This document shows positions 54,084 through 64,000 of a stretch of DNA of 64,000 nt, piece after piece; the first letter of the stretch is position 1; every line of letters begins with the position of its first letter. The translations under genes were made by a program, and so were the position numbers. The notes under the pieces were generated by a model. It was not told the origin of the DNA and searched no databases. It saw nothing but the letters and a program-made list of their open reading frames with translations. Source of the DNA: Octopus vulgaris (taxonomy: Eukaryota). Location: the NCBI GenBank assembly GCA_951406725.2, contig OX597818.1:141236001-141300000 (forward strand). Direction: 5' to 3'.

Positions 54084-55194
54084 TAAATATATATATATAT
54101 ATATTTATATATCTAACAGTCTTATTTCTATAAGTGTGGCATAAGTCTTATTTCTATATAGCAGCGTATGAAGATTTATACACCGAGAGGAGAAATATTT
54201 CTGCCTTCTGACTTCTATTACGCATGCTGACCACTGGTAAAAATAATTTTTAACTTGTATTATCTATATAGTTAAATATTTCGATTCTTCAGGCGAGTAA
54301 TACACAGTTGAATTTATTCACGACTGTTCTATTCTGACTTGGAATGGTGCTTGAGGATATTTGATTTGAATTCTTGATGCATGCAGATGGAACTAAATAC
54401 GGATGTGTTGTACTTTGTGTTTTCCTGTAGATATTATAATTTCATAATTATGCATTTTTCAGCGCCTCTACTACTGGCTAAGTAAACAATTAATTGACTA
54501 ATTAATTGATTTATTTCATGATTTCTGGTGAAACACATGGGTATATGGTTAACTGAGACTTTTATTCATTTAGATATCTTGCTCGCTTAAAAGCAACGTG
54601 CCTTAAAGAAGAATCTTTTCGTAGCTTGAGTTTTAACTGCACTTTTCATCATGTAAGAATTCCATATGGACGTCTCCTCTCCGCGCATAATTTTTTTATA
54701 CACTACTATGTAGAAATATTTGTTTTCTTACTTTTATTACGCATGTTACCCAATGGTAAAAATTACTTTTTAGTAATTTTTACCTTATGTATATATATAT
54801 ATAGATACATGTATACATATATATATACAGGACGTCACCATCAGTGCAAATAACATGCACACGAGAGATAGATGCAAGACCTGGACAGTAAGTACAGGAC
54901 AAAAACGAGTGGAATACGTAAATAAAGGAGGGAAGATCAAGTGAAATGCGTAAACGAGGAAAAATGGAAAACAGGACAAATATTTTATTAATCAAGCTGC
55001 AGAGACATCACAAAAACTGTTTTGTTCATTTATTCTTAGATTTTTTCGGTCATTTCACACCGGCCATGCTGGAGCATCACTTTAAAGTGTTTTATTCGAA
55101 GAAATCGTTCCCAGGTTTTAGTCTTTGTAAGGCTAGTACTTATTCTTTCAGCCTGTCTTGAGGAACCACTAAGTAACGGGAACATAAACACACC

Positions 55195-55935
55195 TTCCTT
55201 GCAGCTGAAACTGACTTGCTTGCTTTAGAATCGTTTAGGAAGAGCGTTTCCACTCAATGGGTTGTCATTTTGTCTCTGGCTTAAAATGATGAACTCAACA
55301 TTCATCCTGGCTTAGAAGATGTTCAAATAAACCAGCTGGGGGTGCCTGAAAGAATGTCACATTTTCTTGTGATGCGATTAGCATGGTGCCAAATGACATG
55401 TCATTGATCAAGAGTCAGAAGATGTGGGACCCACGGAACCGAAACCTTTGCCATGTCAAGTTCATTGCACAGAATATTCTCTCCCGGGTTATGCTAATGG
55501 CATTGGTTATTTGATTTATAGTCAATCACCTTCCATCAATCACCATGCAGTGAACACGACCTTTTCCAAGGTCTGCACGTGTAGATCTTGGGTTGTCTCC
55601 AAGAGTTTTCGTTCCCTTCCTAAATTCGCTGCCCACTTTTGTACTGTTGATAAACCGAAGCGCCATTCCCTAATGGAGCATCGATAACAGCATGAATATC
55701 CTTGGGGCTAAACCCTTCTACTGTAAGTATTGATAACAACATGATGCCAAATTTTGTCCATTTTCAAGAGCAGTCGCAACTAGTTACTTCTGAAGTCTTT
55801 GTTGAACAGTCAGATGTCAGTTTACCTGGAAAGAAGCAACGCAGTTATTAATAAGCGGCGTTGAAAATAATGCATGCATTTCACAACTCCAGTATCACTC
55901 CTTCATAGCGAGTCTATGAACTTTTCGGCCCATCC
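55195..55935 (-). mobile_element. Heavily decayed mariner-like fragment
   Basis: Minus-strand remnant ...VI......G..PKDIH near 55690-55750 and a TIR-like agggatgggccgaaaagttcata-type end near 55910-55935. No intact frame. Confidence 0.4.
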
Positions 55936-56520
55936 TTGAATTAGAGGAATAGAGGATACGGAGAAAAATTAGACGAAATATATACATATTACTCGCATTG
56001 AGAATCAAATGTGAAAATATTATTAAGAGACTAGCAAGAAACCAGCTGGTGGGTTGCCTTTCAGCTGCTTTATACAATGTGAGCATGAAAATATACATAC
56101 AGAAATACATATAAATTCAGTCACAAACATACAAATATATACATGTGTATGTATGTGCACGTTTCTATCCGTGTCTCTGTGTGTCTGTGTGTCACAGTAC
56201 GTGTGAAGGCATATATATTGTCTATCTGAAGTTAAAGATCTCTATACAAAAAACTACCTGATGTCAACGACGGTAGAACATATTTACGTGACAGTTTCAA
56301 TTTACATATAAAATATGGCGCACCATGAATGACCTTCCATCTAACATATATTGTAAATAGATAAACCTATACGTATACAAATATTTACTCACTTACATAC
56401 ATTCGTATACATCTACGTAGACAAGCACATTTTCATACTCACATTTACTGCACACAGTTACATGGCACGTATGTCTGTGTTTGCGAGTGCATGCACGTCA
56501 TATATATGTGTGCAAATGTT

Positions 56521-56565
<45 letters not shown>

Positions 56566-56618
56566 CATATACAGATATATACATACATATATATATATAT
56601 ATACATACATACATATAC

Positions 56619-56666
<48 letters not shown>

Positions 56667-56736
56667 TTACATATATATATATGCATATATATATACATGA
56701 ATATATGTATATATTTACATATATATATATATATAT

Positions 56737-56779
<43 letters not shown>

Positions 56780-57103
56780 ATATATGTATGTATATGTGTA
56801 TATATACATATGTATACATATGTGTGTGTATATATATATATATATATACAAACATATATATAGTATATTCCTGTGCATATTCATGCATGCATGGATTTAT
56901 GTGTGTGCTTTTTTGCGTACATGTAGTTGCAATTGTGTGTAACCAATATGTGTGTGTGTGTATATATGTGTGTGTTTGTAAACATGCGTGTACCTTTATG
57001 TATTATATATGATAAGTTATATAGTATTGGTACGTAATTGAACCACACATTAGCACCACACACACGCACACACACTTATACACACATAATTATATATGTA
57101 TAT

Positions 57104-57148
<45 letters not shown>

Positions 57149-57178
57149 TGTGTGTATGTATATAAGCATGTATGAATG

Positions 57179-57212
<34 letters not shown>

Positions 57213-57836
57213 TGTATGTATGTATGTATGTATGTATTAAAAACCCATACTGTAATCTCCTTCACCCAACATACACAATACACCTCCCACCATTACCGCA
57301 ACTTACTACGGCTCTGCTTCCTTTCCACGTCGTCTCTCTCCGCATCTCTTTGTCCCTAGAGTACACTTAATCGTTACGGAAACTTCTCGTATTGCAATTC
57401 ACATAGAGTCGATATAATTTTTGAATTATCAAGGCTCGAGTAATTTTGCTGTCAGACCAATTTTTAGTCGTGTGAGACACATGTCTTTTCTCTTTAATAC
57501 TAGCTACAATATTCCGGATTTTGGCATGACTGATTATATATTAGAAATATATCGAGTGCGTTTCGTGGGCCGACATTACTTCCGCAATAAGAAGTCTTAT
57601 TGAAATTGTCAGCTCTGTCGTTATTGCTATATTTGTGAACAGTAGTTTTCAAGCTTATATTTCTAAATTTATGTTAGAGTTGTCGTTCTTGTTTAGTGTT
57701 GTTTGTGTCGCTGCATACCTACATATACATACACACATACTCACGGACACACACAAACACACACACATACAGGCATATGCACAATTACATACATACATAC
57801 ATACATTTAATTATATATCTATATATATACGTGTAT

Positions 57837-58149
57837 TATTTATTTATGCACCCTTTTGAAGCCTAGCCCGGCTCATGGGCCCGGTTTCCCGGTTTCTGTG
57901 GCGTATATGTTCCCCCCAGCTGGATGGGACGCCAGTCCATCGCAGCGTTACCCAAGAAACAAGAAGAAAGAATGAGAGAAATTTGGGTCAAAAGAGCACA
58001 ACTGGGATCGCCACCAACCGCTGCCGGAGCCTCGTGGAGCTTTAGGTGTTTTCGCTCAATAAATACAAACAGCGCCCGGTCTGGGAATCGAAACCGCGAT
58101 CCTCCGACCGCGAGTCTGCTGCCCTAACAACTGGGCCATTGCGCCTCCA
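57837..58149 (-). mobile_element. SINE with S2-type head and S3-type tail
   Basis: ~57955-58149 matches the S2 head (39830-40008), and 57837-57951 matches the S3 tail (42662-42771). Confidence 0.85.
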
Positions 58150-59071
58150 TATATATATGTATGTATACATACATAGAAACACATACCTACATATATACAT
58201 ACATACATACATGCGTGCATGCATGCATACATACATACATGCATGTATACAGACATACATACAAACATACATACATACATGCAACTTGCTCTTGTGTGGA
58301 GGTTAACAGTCCATTTGATATAAATGCTGCACGAAAATACAGCAATGGGAAAAATCATTGCTGCTCTGATGAAAGTTTTAAAGTCCCATGTATTCAAACT
58401 ACACTTCTCTTTTAACTTTTTGACGATTACTTTTTTACTCTTTTACTCCTTTACTCTTTTACCTGTTTCAGTCATTTGACTGTGGCCGTTGTTGTCAAGT
58501 GGTTAGCATAGCAACAGTGTTTATGTATCAATTCGCCGTGATGAAAGTTTAAACCTGGATTTCTTGCTAACAATATCTGTATAAAAAAATAAAACTGATG
58601 ATCTAATCGACGAAGAATTTGATGATCAACACCTTTTTCTCTCCTTTGGTTTGATGGGACAAGGGAAGCAGCTAATAAACTTCAGAAACCAATAAAATTC
58701 ATCCGTATATATACCTCGCTAAGATAAATATTTCAATTACCTGAAGATTGACTGTAACTATAACTCGAATTATTACGAATTGGACAGCCATGAAACGATC
58801 GTAGTGTTATACCCATTATCTTTTATTAACTTTTAATACTTTTGATATATATTTAAAATAATATAAGTTAATTAATTCCATGTATTGGCTTAAGTTTTTC
58901 ATTGTTTGATTTGCCTAATAGTGGTTTTATCTCTAATTTAATATAATATATATATATAAATTTTATAATTTCATAAAACCAATAAAATACATACATACGT
59001 ACATACATACATACATGCACACATACATACATACATACATACATACATACATACATACATACATACATACA

Positions 59072-59104
<33 letters not shown>

Positions 59105-59320
59105 GCATACATAACACACTTCCTAAATACCAATCTTGAGAAACTAAGCTTCTCAAAACCAGAAAGAAGAAAGCTAATTTGAAGACTATAGATCCAATCC
59201 ATGAGTGGAACTGGAAAACTTTGTAAAACTTCCCAGAAGTTTTTCATTTAAATATATATGAGCATGTCTAGATATGCAACTATATGCATGGGAATACATA
59301 CATAAAACATACAAATCTGC

Positions 59321-59402
59321 ATATCCATCCATCTATCCATCCATCCATCCATCCATCCATCCATCCATCCAACCATCCATACATACATACATACATACAT
59401 AC

Positions 59403-59433
<31 letters not shown>

Positions 59434-59902
59434 CATACATACACGCATGTATACACACATACATACAGACAGACAGACAAACACACACACACAAACAAAC
59501 AAACAAAATTATCCTGTATTGATGCTGAAATTCCAATGAAGGAGCCTTGGATCTAGGTTAGAAACCGATTCTTTCTCTATTGGCACGAAATCTTGAAATA
59601 AACTCAATAATGACATACATACATGAATACATACATACATACATACATACATACATACATACATACATACATACATACATGCACACATACATACATACAT
59701 GCACACATACATACATACATACATACATGCATACATACATACATACATACATACATGCATACATACATACATACATACATACATACATGCACACATACAT
59801 ACATACATGCATACATACATGCATACATACATACATACATACATACATACATACATACATACATACGTACGTACATACATACATACGCACACACATACAT
59901 AC
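59321..59902. repeat. Long (CATC)n/(CATA)n microsatellite field, representative of dozens of SSR tracts in the window
   Basis: Seen directly. Comparable tracts: (GATA)n at 8655-8840, 15286-15480, 15987-16095, 30067-30180, 61410-61630; (TAA)n at 11828-11970, 43523-43607, 44314-44436; (TA)n at 29810-29902, 49437-49505, 56520-56860. Confidence 0.95.
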
Positions 59903-60146
59903 AATCGGTGCTCGTAGTTTTGAGAATAAATTTGTGATAACCTCATAAATACGTAATAACCTGAAAAAGGTAAGGTTTTCAGAAAAGAATCAATGTACCA
60001 ATACAGAAAGTGGAATAGTAATAGTGTGCAATCCTTTTCTCAAGATTAAAACGTGAATTTGCTTTCGTTATCTATATTCCAACGGTAGAGCTTTGTATCT
60101 TTGTTAGAAACGAGCGACTTCCTTACAGGACACATTCAAATGGATG

Positions 60147-60410
60147 GAAGCACTCCGTCGGTTACGACGATGCGGGTTCCGGTTGATCCGATCAACGGAA
60201 CAACCTGCTCGTGAAATTAACGTGTAAGTGGCTGAGCACTCCACAGACACGTGTACCCTTAACGTAGTTCTCGGGGAAATTCAGCGTGACACAGAGAGTG
60301 ACAAGGCCGGCCCTTTGAAGTACAGGTACAACAGAAACAGGAAGTAAGAGTGAGAGAAAGTTGTGGTGAAAGAGTACAGCAGGGATCACCACCATCCCCT
60401 GCCGGAGCCT
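60147..60410 (-). mobile_element. SINE family S2, 5'-truncated
   Basis: Near-identical to 39629-39893. Confidence 0.9.
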
Positions 60411-61410
60411 AATGCTGCTCGTATGCAGCGAGGTAATGTCCTACTAAAACACATTTAAATACCTTAATATAGAAAGAAGTATAAACATTACGTAGCATAA
60501 CATTACATATTTGTATATGATTTAAGTAAAATCGTGAATATAATATGCCTATCAGTTTAAGAAGAGAGTCAATAAAATAGTAGGCGTCCTAAGGTTAATA
60601 TAACGTTGATATATACTGAAACCTCTGATGCCCCTGGTTCAGCGCAGTGTAATGAGTAAAAGAAATAAGCAAACACATGAATAACACAATAAAACAATAT
60701 ATCGAAGTAGCTAATATTTTTATAAAGACAACCGTTCTGTTAAATAAGTAAACCGACAGAGTATTTTCTCTGAAACATAACAAGGAATACTAAATTTGTT
60801 CACAATAGATTAGTGATGATAGTAGCCGTTTGTTCTATGAGTTTAATTGAAAACATTATAGAAAAATTGTGAAACTACCAACGATACATCATCAAGGAAA
60901 CCGTTAAATGTAACAACTGATAAATAATATATATTCTTTGTATTTTGTTAATGCCAAGGGATATACTTTGAATGACAGTGAATAATTTCCCATGACGCAC
61001 AATATTGATGTATGAAGTACAAACTCTCTTTGCTCTTTTAGTTTTTAAACTGTGATAGCTGAAATTTCAGTTTCAAATGTAAGTCTCCAAATAATTAGTA
61101 GCGTGGCCATTGTTCAGGATACGTTATCATCTCTATGAGAATGTTTATCTTTTCCAGTTTCAGCTCTTGAGCTGTGGCCATGTCGGGGCACGGCCATTGA
61201 GAATGTTGCAGAAGAATAATTTATCAACACCGTTGTATTGTATTAATGTGTATGTGTGTGCGCGTGTGTGCGCGTGCGAGTGCATCATATTACATCACAA
61301 ATACATATATACACAAACACGTACACGCAAGAACACAAACGCACACACACACACACACACAAACACGCGCAAACACACAAACACACATATATACATAAAG
61401 ACACAGAGAA

Positions 61411-61479
<69 letters not shown>

Positions 61480-61527
61480 CAGATAGACAGACAGTCAGAC
61501 AGTCAGACAGACAGTCAGACAGACAGT

Positions 61528-61639
<112 letters not shown>

Positions 61640-64000
61640 TGCAGAGATAGATAGACACAGAGACATATGCATGCATACACAATTAGATTCATATATACAT
61701 ATTTACATTTATATACGTCTGTGTATATGTATGTATGTAAGTGTATGCAAGTGTGTCTGTATATTTATTTTGGGTGTGAATATAGCATAAGTCAAAGCGA
61801 GTATCTGGACGCCAATCACACGACAATGCAAATATTAACTGAAGCAACAGTGCTAATTAGTTGCAAGAGAATAATCAAGTATGTATTAATTATATTATTT
61901 GACTTTATTTCATTAAATGCACTCATTAAAGGAACATAATTTGTCTCAATGACCTCCTATGAAAGACTCTATCCATGTTAGAATTGAAATTCATCAACTA
62001 ATGTCACTGAAATATTTATTAATTGCAATAATGTTGAAACAATTTGCATAATATCCCCAATCAATATTTACGGAAAAAGAAATTGTGTCATTAATATTAT
62101 TTACTCTTTTACCCCTTCACTGGAATTAAACATTGGACTATGACCATAGTGTGGTACCAGTTTGTATTAAAGTTTTAATCATAGACATGCTTGTCGCTAA
62201 AGAGGGAGTCACTGAACGGCAATGTCCCCTCACTATTCAGTGGTGCACCCTCAGATTTACTCCACTTTGCTCCATTTTAGCATTATTACAAATTAGTACC
62301 CATACAGAATGTTCTGAACACTGGCCTGCTCATATACGCTGTGTAATGACTTCAAAAGTATTTGACTGGTGCTCGATCAATCAACAAAATTATTGAGCTG
62401 TCTATGTTCCCATACGAAATCAGAAATAATATTTCTATTTTAAATAACATTTAACTTTTCTTCTGTTCGGGATATAATCCCTCTATTCCATTCTGATATA
62501 CTCGTGATCCTGTATTCTGATTTTGTTTATGAATTATGTATATTATTATGTCATGCATTTAGTCCATCTCTAGTATGCATGTGATTAGCCGTTTTTCTTA
62601 TTCGAGATGTATAGTATAAATATTTGAGTTTGAGTTATGCGTCTACTTCCGCCTACGACTAAGCTAACTCTTCGCCACAGAGGATGTATAAGCCAATGTT
62701 TGAAGAGTTAAGCGAATGAGTACAAAGCGCCTACAGCTATGTATATTTTGTTAATAAAAGTGGTCGTATGCAGCGCAACGAAGTAAAGAAATAGTCGCAA
62801 TTGCTGTATAAAGTAAGGAATTATTCTCGACACAGTTGAAAATACGTGAAGACTGACTCTGACCGATAAATACCTATCAAGCATATTTGAGGCAATAATG
62901 CTGACGAAATACAAAACAAGGATATGAAGGCTGACAAAGTGTTGGTCTCTCAATTAGGCTACACGTGCATTGCAGTTTAACTTGATCCATATATATTTCG
63001 TTTTATTGAAATTAAAATATCAGCTGAAATGATACGAAATCACAATAATATCAACGTTCGACAACAGCATGAAGAAAGAAGTCATGTCTACGTTTTCCTT
63101 ACAACATTTTCAATTTCCTTGTTTTATTATGAAATCATCTATCTATAGATTGAAACAAAGGATAATCTGTTGGTAATAAATGCAGTGAGCGTGCTGAATT
63201 TTTGACAATGTCACCATCCAAACGATCTAATTTTTTCTGGAAAAAAAGAGCACTTAATAATGCTGGAGCATATAACACTTCTGCTTATGAAAGCAGCTAC
63301 TTTTTCATTGTAATGTTTATGTCATGTTGCTAGGATTAAACAGTTCTTCTGATAGTCTTTTAATGTTTAAGTAATTCATAACAACACCGGCCGTATTCTA
63401 GAAATTCTGTGTGAACACTTGGATTTTGGTGCTCGCAGTAGTTTCTCATTTGCTGATCCAGTGAAAATTAAATTGTCTCTTGAATCCTTCACTGCATCTT
63501 TGGTCCAGAAAATGTTATGAGTGAATCATTGTTCAAAAGAATATTGCAGATGCAAAGTTAAATTCAAACGAGATTTAATAAGTCAGCTAAATTCCCTCCT
63601 TACATTTTGTACCGATTTGCCTGATGTGACCTGGAAAATACAACATACATTCAGTTTCTACCCTAAATCTCAGGTGCCTTTTCGAGGATCTAATCCAAGT
63701 ATTATTCATAAAAATTGCCCCTCATAGTGACTCCTCTTCTAGAATGAGCTTTAACGCAGATATATTAATCGCCATTTTTAAACCGTTAAAAACAAGAAAA
63801 GCATTTGCGAGGTTCACTGCATCAAGCTACATTGCAGAAATGGTCCCCCCCTCATGTGTAAGTACTTCTCTGTGGAAATTGATATAGTAAGCAATGGCGA
63901 ATACGTTGCTCTTTAATGTATTGACACTCTATGGGTTTAATCTTTGTTAAAGACTGTAGTGACACATTTCTGACTAGAAGACATTATAAACAGACCTAGA

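Overview
AT-rich eukaryotic (animal) non-genic DNA saturated with (TA)n, (CA)n, (GATA)n, (CATA)n and (TAA)n microsatellites, tRNA-derived SINEs and DNA-transposon relics. The repeat landscape resembles cephalopod (Octopus-like) genomes; this is inference, not a database result. I cannot support any host protein-coding gene, and almost all short ORFs in the track are microsatellite translations. The main object is a young, near-complete 6.1-kb Penelope-like retroelement (1025-7105) inserted in (TA)n. It has a ~1.4-kb inverted copy of its own 3' end, a U3-A8 minimal hammerhead ribozyme motif in each terminal repeat, and RT plus GIY-YIG domains. Unusually, it also has a separate upstream coiled-coil/Pro-His-rich ORF. 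Once one apparent indel is corrected, that ORF overlaps the ATG-less RT frame at an in-phase U_UUU_UUA heptamer, giving a gag-pol-like -1 frameshift layout. At least six further minimal hammerhead-like motifs lie in short (TA)n-embedded or foldback repeats. Also present: an older Penelope-like RT relic of another clade, a cluster of R4/Dong-like LINE fragments in (TAA)n, mariner, maT (DD37D) and Tigger relics, non-autonomous Helitrons and a Helentron-type element, and SINE families that swap heads and tails.
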